64,000 nt of DNA from Basidiobolus meristosporus CBS 931.73 (lineage: Eukaryota > Fungi > Basidiobolomycota), in the NCBI GenBank assembly GCA_002104905.1, contig MCFE01000135.1, positions 93,865 to 157,864 on the forward strand, in the 5' to 3' direction. The translations under genes were made by a program, and so were the position numbers. Shown here piece by piece: positions 1 to 12,386 of the stretch. Below the pieces are notes generated by a model. It had not been told where the DNA came from, made no database searches, and saw only the letters and a program-made list of their open reading frames with translations. The number at the start of each line of letters is the position of its first letter. Positions within the stretch are counted from its first letter, which is position 1.

Positions 1-1
1 C

Positions 2-3000
2 TCCGCCCACTCGAGCACCATCTCGAAGTTGAATGAGGTGTGGACATACTTCGAAGGGAGCTTCACCATGCAAACCGTCTTCTTGGAGATCTTTTCTGGC
101 GATGAGACGCAAGCAACCACCAGCCTGTGCCAGTTCTCCATGAACGATATGAACCTCGATGTCAAGTTGACCTCTGATCAATCAACCGAGACCGAGGTTC
201 GGATTCATTCGTTCGTAGTCACCGACTCTCGACCCGATCCAGACAACCAATTCAAAGAAATCCTCCCTGCGGTCACTCAGGGCGAACACCAGTTCGTGCT
301 AGTCTATCGCCAAGCGTCTGATCTCAAAACCGATGCCTCCATCACGGTCGACAGCCCCAAGATGATCCTGGTTCTGGATCAACTTGTTGCTATCAGAGAC
401 TTTTTCCTTAGCCCGTTTTCGACTCGTACGGGACTAGAGCCTGAGGCCACTCCCAAGGAAGGTCAGCCAGCACCCTCCCAGCTTAACAGCCAGGAGATGC
501 TGACCTACAACATAAGCGTTGTCAACGCGGAGATCATCTTGCTTGCCGACTCCAAGGATGTAACCTCGGAGGCCGTGGTCTTCTCCGGCCATCAGATCGC
601 CTTACGACAGAGAAACATCATGGAGCTGTCGGTGAACCATGTCGGAGTATTTTTGTGCCGAATGGATCGTAGAGAGGAGAGCACGTTGCGTGTTGTAGAT
701 AACTTCGACCTCTTTGTGTCTATGGACGATCGGGACACTTCGCCCAACGCTCACCTAACGAGCATTCGGGCCGAGGTTTCTCCTCTCGTAACCCGTATCT
801 CGTACCGGGATATATTACTTTTCATGAACGTTGTCGACAAAGCAACCAAGCTGCTGAATCACAGCGAGCAGCAGCCCAGCTCGCTCTCGAACAGCCGGCC
901 CTCGTCGATAGCCGCATCCACCCCGAGCCAATCCATCATGGACCTGGATTTGCCTGACATTGAGGATTTGAATTTCGGTGCCGTGAGCACAAGCCCCACC
1001 ACCAGCGATCTCCAAGCAAAGACCAACCTAAAGGAGGATCTTCATATCACGTTCAAGAACCTCGGGATTATTCTGGTGAACGATATGAACGACCTTCCAT
1101 TTGTTGATTTCCAGTTGACAAAATGCCTGGTCAAGGCGATGAACTGGTCCACCAATCTCCAATTGAAGGCTCAAGTGGCGCTCCAAACGAACTTCCTAAA
1201 CCTTAAGAACTCTCACTGGGAACCGCTGATTGAACCATGGGAATTCGAGGTTCAGGTAGCTGACTCTAATAAGCTGACCACTATCGAGTCCAGGAAGCAC
1301 CTTGACGTCAGTCTATCCCACGCCTTTCTGGAAGTCGCTCTGGGAGTTGCTTCCCGCATCAGCGAGCAATCTGACCATACCTTCCCGACGGACAGAGGCA
1401 CCGCAGTGCCTTATATCGTTAAGAATCAGACGGGGATCAACATGTTCATATGGTGCGAGAACGACGATGACGACAATACCCAGACGACTCTACAAAAGAT
1501 TCCCACCGGGGAGGAAATCCCTTGGCGATTCGATGACTGGCGAAAGAGCCGAGAGACGACAGCGGTCACCAGGAATCGGTTGAATATCCAGTTCGAGGAT
1601 GTCCCATGGGAGAGCATCAAGAACATCCCGGTGGACATTGAAGGCTCGCGCATGTACACACTGCGGCCCAAACTGGAGTATGTCTCCCATCGGCTCGTTT
1701 GCGATGTGAAATTGCAGGGGAACACCAAGATCGTCACCTTCCGCTCGCCCCTCGTGATTGAGAACCGCACCCCGATTCCCATGGAGCTGATTGTCGTCAA
1801 CTACCAGGGGGATCCGCTCTCCGCTCCTGCCATCATTCCTCCGTCGGAGGACTTCCCCATCAACATCAAGACTGGATACAGCAACGCGGTCAAGATCAGG
1901 CCACTGGCATACGATTACTCCTGGTGCACAAAGCACCTGTACTGGAGAGAGTATCTAATAGAAGACTACCCGCGCACCGTCGTCTGCCAATCCTATGACA
2001 AGTCTACCGTGCCCTTCATATACCAGGTCAACGCGCGCTACGACAAGAATGACCCATTGAACTCGATCTATCCTTGCATGGCCATTCGACTCAGCCCTCC
2101 CTTCGAGATAGAAAATCTCTTGCCCTACGACCTTCGCTATCGACTGGTTGACAAAGCCAAAAGGCAAAGTTGGATCGGCTCCCTGCAACAGGGAAGAATC
2201 ACCCAGGTGCATACGTCAGAGCTCAATCAACTCCTGCTGCTAAGTGTCCAGGTGCAAGATGCCGGCTATGAATTCAGCGAGTATGCGATCATCGGGTCAA
2301 ACAACAGCAGAGATGTGCCACTGGAGGATGTGCTTGTTATGCAGAATGCACAGAATCAACGACTCGACCTTAGGATTAAACGCCTGGAGATCCCGGATTC
2401 GGGCGGCTCCTTCCGGTTTTCCATCTACAGTCCGTACGTGCTTATCAACAAGACTGGCAGAGACATCCTGATCCGAGACAGAAACTCTCAGATGAGAAAG
2501 ATCTCCGGGTTGAAACTGGAGTCGGACACGAAAGCGCTACCATTCATGTTCTCCAACTTGGGGGCCGATTCGGGCCGTGTCTCTATCAAGGTTGGCGATT
2601 CGGAGTGGAGCAAGCCTTTGAGCTTCGAGGCGGTTGGTAGCGACACCTCCATCACGCTCCCGTTCTCATCGGAAATGAAAGAGATCCACCTTGGGATGTC
2701 GATCAAGCAAGGGAACGGGAAATACATGCTGTCCAGGGTGGTCACCCTTACCCCAAGGTTTATCCTGAAGAACAGCATGGATGAGAGCATCAATATCCGG
2801 GAGCTAGGGTCAACCGATATCCAGAAGCTCGATCCCAATCAACGAGCTCCCCTTCACTATGTCAACGAAAATCAGGAGAAGCAGTTGACCATCCGATTCC
2901 CCGGCCTCAACAACAAGTGGTCGGCGCCATTCAATATCGAGGACATTGGTAAAGTATTTGTCAAGGTGTATCGAAGCCACGGGCCGACCACTCGGGTTGA

Positions 3001-5290
3001 GCTCCTAAGAATCGACGTCATGTTGCAGGGAGCCTCCATCTTCATAACGGTCAGCAAAGAGAAGGGCAGATGGCCCTATAGAATCACAAACAAATCGGGG
3101 ACCAGTGTTTCATTGTACCAATCCGACTCCAGCAACCAGGAGCCTTTTGCGGGCGGCGTGCCAGCCATCCCCGTGGAGGTGTACTCATTAGCATCGGGCG
3201 AATCGATGCAATACGCATGGGACTATCCCTCGGTGCCATCAAAACTGCTGGTCCTGAACGTGCAAGGAAACCGATACAATACAAAGCTACAGGAGATTGG
3301 GCCTCAAGAGCCTTGGCAATACTCCACCCCACAAGGGATGGCTTGCATGGCCATCGATGTGTTTGCTGATGGGCCCATCATTGAGCTTAGCCTTACCAAA
3401 TACGGCCATTCAAACAGCATCTACCGTCCCAAGCATCCGCAGGAAGCACTGAATAGACGCGATTCGGCGAGAGAGAGTGGCTTTGAGGTTGTCGAGGTGG
3501 ACTCCGTTGTCACCTTCACTCTCCACTTTAGACTGGAGGGCATTGGCATTTCACTCATCAATCGCCACATACAAGAGCTTGTCTACGCATCGCTGAGAAG
3601 TGTGCAACTCAACTACACGGAATCAACGATCCAGACCTCAGTCAGCGTGGTGGTCAAGTGGATGCAGATCGATAATCAACTCTACGGGGCCGTCACACCC
3701 ACCATCTTCTACCCCACATTCATCTCCAAGAATAGCAAGAACACCGACCTATTACCCGTCCTCCAGGCGGCAATCATCAAATCCAAAGACAAGTCCCACG
3801 GTGTAGAGTATTTCAAGTACTGCACCTTCTTGTTCCAGGAGGTGTCGTTAGAAACCGACGAGGACTTCCTCACCGATCTATTGGACTTTTTCAAATTCGA
3901 CGTCCAGGGTTGGAACTTCGAAGATGACGCCTCCATTGGAGACACAAGTCTGGAGATCCCGGAGCCGAAGCTCCCGGAGGAAGGATCTCAGCTCTTCTTC
4001 GAAGTGATCCACATCCAACCGGTCAAGATCAACTTCTCCTTCTCGCTAAGCGATCAATCTACCCCGCAAGAGGGCGTTCTTCGACCTTACAGCCCCTTCG
4101 ACTACGTGAAGAACGTACTCACCATGACCATCGGCAACATCAACGATGCCCCAATCCAGCTCAACGCTCTGGTAATGGAGAGCCTGATGGTGTCGTATCC
4201 AGATTTGGTTGACAGACTGTACACCTACTATTGGCAAGAGATCTTCTATCAGATCCATAATGTGATCGGATCGGCCGATTTCCTGGGCAATCCTGTCGGG
4301 CTGTTCAACACCGTGAGCTCGGGGGTTGTGGATTTCTTCTATGAGCCATACCAGGGCCTTGTGTTGAGCGACCGCCCCCAGGACCTGGGAATTGGGTTGG
4401 CCAAGGGAACGGCGAGTTTCTTGTCCAAAACAGTGTACGGTCTCTCGGACAGCTTCTCCAAATTCACCGGCAGTTTGGGTAAGGGCCTGAGCGCTGCAAC
4501 GCTGGACAAAGCGTTCCAAGAGAGGCGCCGGATTTCGCGTACTCGAAACAAGCCTAGACATGCCTTGCAAGGAGTGACTCAGGGGGCGAATTCTCTAGCC
4601 TCGGGCTTGGCAAGTGGTATCTCCGGGTTTGTTGTAAGTAGCATGATTTTCATTCTGTGCATCCGCCCCAGCTAACAAGCTCGTGCTTTTAAGACCCAGC
4701 CTATGGCCGGCGCCGAGAAAGAAGGATTCGGAGGATTCATCAAAGGATTCGGCAAAGGGTTGGTGGGGGTTGTCACCAAGCCAGTGGTGGGCATCTTCGA
4801 TGCCGCCTCAAATGTGACCGAAGGGATTCGAAACACCACAGCAATGCTGGGGGACAACAACGCCACCTTGGACCGTGTCCGGCTACCTCGATTTATCGAT
4901 ATTGATGGGATCATCAGAAACTTCAGTGCGTATGAAGCCCGAGGTCAGTACTGGCTGAAAGAGGTGGACGATGGAGCCTTTGCCCGGGAGACCTATGCTG
5001 CGCATCTTGTGCTGCGTGGGGAGGAGACCGTGGCCTTGATCAGTTATTCCAGGGTAATGAGCATCCGAATCCAGGGGGGCCGTCGTCTGTTGACCGAATG
5101 GGAGGTATCCTTCGATAAGCTCCACACACCCATCATCGAGAACACCGGTATCACGCTGGTCTTGGATCAAGGGTATGGTGTGCCTGGCCCCTTCATTCCG
5201 ATTCCCGACAAGGCCTCCCGGGAGTGGTTCTACCAGCGCCTCGAGGCCGCATTGAAATATTTCGAAGCCGAAAAAAGGCAGCTAGAGTAA
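2..5290 (+). CDS. VPS13: VPS13 family lipid-transfer protein, C-terminal ~1750 aa (5'-partial); one intron 4634-4693
   Basis: Frame open from the window start. VPS13-type motifs SHWEPLIEPW, WMQIDNQL, GSADFLGNPVGLF, GLGKGLSAATLD, KGLVGVVTKPVVGIFD. Intron GTAAGT..GCTAAC..AAG joins ...SGFV to TQPMAGAEKEG in frame. Confidence 0.93.
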
Positions 5291-5386
5291 CAAGAACTAT
5301 GCAATAATAAGCGAATAAATACAGCAGTTGGAATGGTTTATTGGTTTCTGTACATATGATGCTAGGGATGGCTTGTTACAACAGAA

Positions 5387-7417
5387 TTAATACAGTGCCT
5401 CAATTTTCTCCTTGTAACGATCGACGATCTCTCTCCGCTTCAGCTTCTGTGCGGCAGTGAGGAGACCGTTATCACTGGTCCAATCCTCATCACTGATGAA
5501 TACGTCGTGTAACATCTCCGCGGATACGAATTTGTTCTTCTTCGCAATACTGTTCATATCCTGCAATATCGCCTTCCTAACCTGGTCGGAATCGGCCAGC
5601 TCTTTACGGCCCATCGACCCAGCTTCGGTAACGCCCTGCTGCTGGGCAAGGTCTCTCAGCTTGCTCTCCGAACAGACAATGATGGCGACCGGTCTGTTCT
5701 TGTATGAATCCGCATACACACACACCTGATCGGCATAATAGGAAGTTTTATAAAGGGACTCCAGCTTCTCAAGAGCAATATATTCGCCGTTGGATAGCTT
5801 GACCAGATTCTTCTTACGGTCGATAATGCCCAACGTTCCATCTGGAAGCCATTGACCGATATCTCCAGTCATTAGCCAGCCATCCTCCGTAATCACCTCC
5901 TTGGTAAGCTCTGTGTTCTTGAAGTAGCCTTTCATGATGGCAGGCCCACGGACCCATACCTCGCCCTGTGGTGGGTCGTTAGTGGACCGGTAGTTGGTCT
6001 CCTCCACGTCGACCAGCTTGATCTCGCAGCATGGAACAGGAGGGCCGTTTGACTGGCTGGTTTTGACATCAGGGTTCATGAAGGTGGCCATTGCCGTTGC
6101 TTCGGTCATGCCATAGCCTTGAATGATCGGGCAGATACATGTGGTCAGGAACTCCGAGGTTGCAGGAGCAATGGGCGCGCCTCCGGATAGAGCGAAGCGC
6201 AGACGTCCCCCGGTAGCTTCCTTGATTTTGTTGAAAACGATCGTATCCAGGATGCTGGTTGGGATACCGTAAGAATTCAAGAAGGACTTGTTGCGAAGAG
6301 CAAGATCGAATAAGATTTGAGTGATTCTCCCCGACCCCTCCACCTGAGACATGACCCCCTTGCGGATGGTCTCCCAGACCGCCGGTACTCCGCACATCAC
6401 AGTCGGTCTTAGCTCTCTAAGATCTCCTTTGCACTGGCGTACCGAGGTATCGGTCAGCGTGCGAGGGCTGGCATATCCCATGGGGATGCCGAGGAACATG
6501 GCATAGTTCTCCACAAGAAATTCCAAGATGTGGGCCAATGGCAGATAGGTGATGAGCACATCCGTGTCTGGATCCAAAAAGGGTCGGATGAATTTGTCGA
6601 TCCCAGCAATCCCCGCAACTACGTTGGCATGGCTAAGCATGACGCCCTTGGGGTTCCCGGTGCTACCAGAGGTGTACATGATACAAGCCAAATCCTCTGG
6701 AGAGGGTAGGCTGGCTTCCACCAGATTTTCAGCTCCCAATGCCCTTACTTCCTCGTATGTATGCACACTTAGCTGAGGGTTGGAGCTTAGCGAATCAATT
6801 ACTGCGTTCTTAGCCTTGTCCATGTATATGACATGCTTCAACGATGGGACATCCGCCATGATCTCTACAATTACTTTTAGCAGCTCGGCAGTGGTAAAGA
6901 CAACTGAGATTTCGCCTTCATTCAATGCGTGCTTGAGCCCGTCTGCCCCCAGGGTTTCGTAGGCGGTAACAATGGTCAAACTTTGGGAAAAGCAAGCTTG
7001 GGACATCATAATCCATTCGGGGGATGTCCTGGAGAAGATGGTCAATTTATCGCCATTGTTGAGGCCGAGCTTCAGCAGACCACAGCCGATTTCTCGAGAT
7101 ATACGAGTCACGTCAGCGTAAGTATACCATTGATAGGGCCCCAGTTTGAAATACTTCCAGGTTTTCGTTTCCTTCCTTTCTTGTCCACCGATAACCTTGG
7201 TAATCACCTTTTCTTCCTCAATGATATCTTCGACGGCACGGTAACCCAGAGCATTCCGGTTAGCCCTGTTCTTTACGAGATATGGGAGAAGGTCCCCGAG
7301 GGTTTTGATATCTGGGTGGGGGTGGGTGGTGAATTCATCGGGCGAGAGAATATTACGACGAATACGGGTAGCGTTAGCTGGTTTCTCGGGTCCAACTTCA
7401 ACGGAAAATTGGTTCAT
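5387..7417 (-). CDS. FAA1: Long-chain fatty acyl-CoA synthetase (Faa1/Faa4-like), intronless, 676 aa
   Basis: AMP-binding motif IMYTSGSTGNPKGV, plus YLPLAHILE, QGYGMTE, GWLMTGDIG, IIDRKKNLVKLSNGEYIALEKLE. Confidence 0.9.
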   Translation of the reverse strand: MNQFSVEVGPEKPANATRIRRNILSPDEFTTHPHPDIKTLGDLLPYLVKNRANRNALGYRAVEDIIEEEKVITKVIGGQERKETKTWKYFKLGPYQWYTYADVTRISREIGCGLLKLGLNNGDKLTIFSRTSPEWIMMSQACFSQSLTIVTAYETLGADGLKHALNEGEISVVFTTAELLKVIVEIMADVPSLKHVIYMDKAKNAVIDSLSSNPQLSVHTYEEVRALGAENLVEASLPSPEDLACIMYTSGSTGNPKGVMLSHANVVAGIAGIDKFIRPFLDPDTDVLITYLPLAHILEFLVENYAMFLGIPMGYASPRTLTDTSVRQCKGDLRELRPTVMCGVPAVWETIRKGVMSQVEGSGRITQILFDLALRNKSFLNSYGIPTSILDTIVFNKIKEATGGRLRFALSGGAPIAPATSEFLTTCICPIIQGYGMTEATAMATFMNPDVKTSQSNGPPVPCCEIKLVDVEETNYRSTNDPPQGEVWVRGPAIMKGYFKNTELTKEVITEDGWLMTGDIGQWLPDGTLGIIDRKKNLVKLSNGEYIALEKLESLYKTSYYADQVCVYADSYKNRPVAIIVCSESKLRDLAQQQGVTEAGSMGRKELADSDQVRKAILQDMNSIAKKNKFVSAEMLHDVFISDEDWTSDNGLLTAAQKLKRREIVDRYKEKIEALY

Positions 7418-8076
7418 CCTTGCAATATTTAAGGCCAGCGATAATTAGGAGAAATGGAGAAGTGGATAGAGAATACGCTGAAGTCGATGCTCTACCAGGA
7501 TTTATAAAGGAATCATGTTCGGGAGATGTTCGGGACTGGTCTATCGAATACCTAGATTGGAGTGAGAAGTCGGTGACGTAGAGAACACAAGACGGGATAA
7601 CAATTAGTCTAGGTTTGCTTGTAGCCCTAACTCTCGCCGGATTTTTCCCAAATTCAAGCAAAACAGGTTAAATTAATGGAATCAGTTAGATTAAGCTAGT
7701 TATGGGCTAATAAATAGAGGGGTGCCATTTATTGGACAACAACATGATTAGCGAGAGCGTAGGGATCGGATCAGCCACCATTTCTATAATTAGAAGAGCT
7801 GGTTAATGTTGATATTTACCACACTTGGACTGGCAACATGGAGTATCAGTGGAATTGACTGACATTAACTAAACCGAACTTCAAATCGAAACAAGAATGT
7901 CAAACGATAGTTGTATTACACAAGTGATGGTCTAAATCTATGGGAGTCGCCGATCGCGACAGTAAAGTGAGGGTTTTGAAACAGCTGGCAACATTGAAAC
8001 TGCTTCACAATACATCACTTCATATGGTAGCGATGGGTATTTAAGCGAGCCATGTTTATCCTTCGTTAGCCATAAG

Positions 8077-10724
8077 ATGATTGTCAGTAAACTTCTTACC
8101 GGGGGCCTGGTTTTGGCCTTGGCTACACACGCTAATGCTGGAATATATCTTAATATTTTGGGTTCAAGCCCGAATTATGCCACACAGCCGGCAAATGCGA
8201 TGAAGCCCCGAAGGAGCTATTTCAACCCTATTTCAGGACTGCTCAAGGGTCTGACAAAAGTAGTGGATCCTAGATCGTATTTCACAAAGTCCCTAAAAAA
8301 GGCAGAAAAGACTGTAGGATCTTATGAGAGAATACTACAAGGTCCCACTTACTCGAATGATGGAAGCTATGGGTCGAAACCAAGCAAAAAAGCACCACGG
8401 CCAAAGGCAAAAGCTCAATTGAGGGGTCGATACGATGGGAGCCCTAAGTCAAAGATGATAAAACCGAAGGCACCCGAACACCCGACCAAGCATGATGGAT
8501 ATTCAAAACCCACCGAGTCATACATGCCCAATATCCAAACTACTCAAAAAAGTAAAGAAACAGTCATACGTGAAGCAAAGTCCCCATACAATGGTTCAAG
8601 CAATACGAATCCCACACCAAAGGCAAAGGGACCGTACGGTGGAAAACCCAAGGCACCCGGACACCCAACCAAGCACGATGGACATTCAAAGCCACTAAGC
8701 CAAAGTCCACTTATAATGGCCCAAGCTATCCTAAACCTACGCCAAAGAAAGAGTCAAAAGGAAAGGGTCCATATGGTGGAAAGCCCAAGCCAAAGAAGCT
8801 GACGAAACCCAAGGCACCCGGACACCCAACCAAGCACGATGGACATTCGAAGTCCACTGAGCCAAAGTCCGCTTATAATGGTCCAAGCTATCCTAAACCC
8901 ACCCCAAAGAAAGAGTCAAAAGGAAAGGGTCCATATGGTGGAAAACCTAAGCCGAAGAAGATGACAAAACCCAAGGCACCCGGACACCCAACCAAATATG
9001 ACGGATATTCGAAGCCCACTGAGCCAAAGGCCCCTAATAATGGTCCAAGCTATCCTAAACCCACCCCAAAGAAAGAGTCAAAAGGAAAGGGTCCATATGG
9101 TGGAAAGCCCAAGCCGAAGAAGCTGACGAAACCCAAGGCACCCGGACATCCAACCAAGCACGATGGATATTCGAAGCCCGCAGAGTCAAAATCCCCTTAC
9201 AATGGTCCAAGTTTCCCGACACCTGCACCAAAGAAGAAGGCACCCTCAAAGAGCCCATATGGTGGGAAACAGAAGGTACCCACACTCCACAAAAAAACAC
9301 CCGGACACCCAACCAAGCACGATGGGCATTCAAAGCCCACTAAGCCAAAGTCCCCCTACAATGGCCCAAGCTACCCTAAACCCACGCCAAAGAAAGAGTC
9401 AAAAGGAAAGGGTCCATATGGTGGAAACCCTAAGCCGAAGAAGATGACAAAACCCAAGGCACCCGGACATCCAATCAAGCACGATGGACATTCGAAGCCC
9501 GCTGAGCCAAAGTCCCCTTATAGCGGTCCAAGCTATCCGAAACCCACACCAAAGAGAGCACCAAAGACAAAAGGACCATATGGCGGAAAGCCCAAGCCCA
9601 AGAAGCTGACAAAACCTAAGGCACCCGGACACCCGACCAAACATGACGGATATTCGAAGCCCACTGAGCCAAAGTCCCCTAATAATGGTCCAAGCTATCC
9701 TAAACCCACCCCAAAGAAAGAGTCAAAAGGAAACCCCAAGCCAAAGAAGACAACGAAACCCAAGACACCCACACACCATAAAGACACCCCCGGACACTCC
9801 ACCAAGCACGATGGATATGCAAAACCTACTGAGTCGAAGGCTCCATACAGTGGCCCAAGTTATCCAAAGCCCACACCAAAGAAAATAACCAAGGTAAAGG
9901 CACCATCAGGAGGTCCATATGGTAGAAAACCTAAGCCGAGGAAGGCGACGGAACACCCAACCAAACACTATGGACACTCGGAACCCGCTAAGCCAAAATC
10001 TCCGTACAATGGCTCAAGCGAACCAAAGCCTACACCGAAGGCTGATGCTCCTTCGAAGAGTTCGTACGGCAGAAAACCTAAACCAAAGAAAGTGACGGAA
10101 CCGAAGGCACCAAAGGTAAAGAACCCACCCAAGAAGATACCAAAGACAAAAGCACCATCGACGCGACCATATGGTGGAAAACCTAAACCAAAGAGCGTAA
10201 TGGGGTATAAGGCACCCACATCGCACAAGCCCACGAATAAGCCCACGAAAACCGCCAAATCACAACCCCCTTACAAGCCTAAACCAAAGAGACCATCAAG
10301 GAAACCATATGGTAAAAAGCCAAGCCCAAAGAAAGCAACACCCAAAAAGCCCAATTCCCACACGGGAACTTCCAAACACGCGAGTAAACATGTCGAGTCA
10401 AAATCACCTTATGAATCCACGCCAACTCGAACCCCCAAACAGCAAGTAGCGCCCAACCCTTCCATGGAAACTTCAAAGGGCGTAAGGAAACCTCTTGCAT
10501 TGGCAGTAGATCAAGTTGCAGATCAGATATCTAACCACAAAGGGTCGCTGACTCCTGAGGAGCAAGATCTGATTGCGAACAAAATACTTGAACTGTCATT
10601 CCAAAATCAGGGAGGCGACTCTGATTTCATCGACTACAAGCATATTTCCAGGAATTTGGAGAGTATCAAGGATGCCAAGATCCGGAGGTTGATCCAGGAA
10701 ATAGTGGACAAGAAGTTGCAATAG
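8077..10724 (+). CDS. Secreted Lys/Pro/Gly/Tyr/His-rich tandem-repeat protein (~880 aa) broken by a single 1-nt deletion near 8692
   Basis: N-terminal signal-peptide-like MIVSKLLTGGLVLALATHANA. At 8690 AAGCCACTAAG lacks one C relative to the sister repeat AAGCCCACTAAG (9333). Restoring it fuses ORF 8077-8802 to the frame of 8961-10724, which is open from 8694. Confidence 0.7.
8461..10010 (+). repeat. Coding tandem repeat, 162-bp (54-aa) period, degenerating at both ends
   Basis: AAGGCACC anchor recurs at 8650, 8811, 8973, 9135, 9456, 9618. Unit is approximately KAPGHPTKHDGYSKPTEPKSPYNGPSYPKPTPKKESKGKGPYGGKPKPKKLTKP. Confidence 0.9.
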
Positions 10725-10847
10725 ATTTGTTGGCTTCAAAAACCAATTAATAAACTAGACGCCAAGGCTTTTATTAGAACACAGGAGATGTACAAAGCGT
10801 AAACATAATAATACACGGGAATTAATTATTATTAATGCGTAGTGGGA

Positions 10848-11090
10848 TTAAAGGGACTCTTCGGAGTCGATCTCGCTCTCGAGGAAAACTCGAGCATTGT
10901 TCTCTTGCTTTGCGTAGTGATAGACGTATTCGAAAGTGAGGTTCGGCAAATCGATCGCCGGTAATGTGCCCTTAGCTTCGGGGAGTGATCCGGGTTGGTA
11001 GAAGTCGGCTGAATGGGAGGAAAATACTGGAGCGCTCTTCACAAAGCTACCGGCAAGCGCAACTGTTACGAGAAGTGAAAGCACGCGCAT
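10848..11090 (-). CDS. Small secreted hypothetical protein, ~80 aa
   Basis: MRVLSLLVTVALAGSFVKSA looks like a signal peptide. TATATATA at 11123-11130 lies ~33 nt upstream. No recognised family. Confidence 0.45.
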   Translation of the reverse strand: MRVLSLLVTVALAGSFVKSAPVFSSHSADFYQPGSLPEAKGTLPAIDLPNLTFEYVYHYAKQENNARVFLESEIDSEESL

Positions 11091-12386
11091 TTTCTTCGGG
11101 GAAACCAGAGGGTGCACCACGGTATATATAGCCGTAGCCACCACCATCATTGGCTGCTAAGATGGCCAATAAATCACCACCAATAACGCCCATGATTACT
11201 TGACCCAATATCACCACAACGTCACATATCAAGCCGGAGGTCGCGTTATCATCAAAAATGGAACTGCCGATGCTGAAAATCAGTAATTTTACGCCATGAT
11301 GATTGTGAAAGCAATCTATTTGGCTTAGTTTGGCCATGTAATAATGATACACGCAAACTCCGAGGACCTACGATTTAAGCTTATAATTAAAACGCCAACC
11401 TGATCAGGTTTGAGCCTTCAAAAGTGACAGAGCTGGGTGAATGTATTTTTAGCCAACACATACTCAAGTTACACACTACAGTTGGCCTTTTTTGAGAAAA
11501 TTATCAGGTTTGCTGATTTGGGGACTCTGAAACGGATTTAGCAGATGACGTGGTCTTCATTGAAACGTAGGCAATATATAAGGTGGTCGACTACGAGCAT
11601 GCACTGCTTCATGTCTTCTACACCTCCCAGCCCGCTAGCTCGCTCTGGTAAGAAAAACTAGAAGAGTCTATTGTCGAATCCATGAAACCTTGGGTTGGCC
11701 TGTTTCACACAAAACCACTGCCAAGACTTGGCAGTTAAAGCTAAAACAAAAATAGTCATTATATTAAACAACCTACATTAGTCATGAAATGTGATACTCA
11801 TCGTCATTGATAAACACGTTCCACATGGTAAATATGGTAAAGCAGAATCAGCCCATATCAAGCCGATCATTAGTCGATTACATACCGGAAGAGTCGAATC
11901 CGAATCATTGAGATAATCAGGAATGGTTTGATATCGTTCAGATGGTGATTATCAGATCCAATTTATCTCGAGTCCATTTTAGGAAGTTATCGAGGGGGCT
12001 AGGAAAGCTCTCGACCATAGCGAATCTTTCGACGATTTTCTGGAACATCGAGTGTGACCGAATAACCGAAGATACATGGAGCCACATGGACACTCTGGAT
12101 TACTTGGTTGTGGTGAATGGGGGCGATATTTGGATATCTTTTCCATGTATAGGGAGACCCGGAGTTTTAATCAAGATATATACAGTCACGCTTCAGGCAA
12201 GCGGATAGATATTTAAGGTTAGGATTAATATTTACCCTTCGGAGAACATGGGCGGTTACATGAGTTGTTTCATTATGTAATTTCAATGTCTATTGGTAGA
12301 TTTGATGGGATTGTACAGTAAATAATATGGCATCAGAGCATCGTGTTTGAGTCGACTATACAAAGGAATTCAACAGGTCAAGATAT

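Noticed and set aside
8461-10010. Regular repeats as a CRISPR array or non-coding satellite
   Set aside because: Period is a multiple of three, there are no unique spacers, the repeats are in frame in a signal-peptide ORF, and the context is eukaryotic.
11880-12210. Protein-like frames (ORF 11942-12208 and an interrupted alternative frame)
   Set aside because: Short, stop-interrupted and with no recognisable family; at most a decayed relic.
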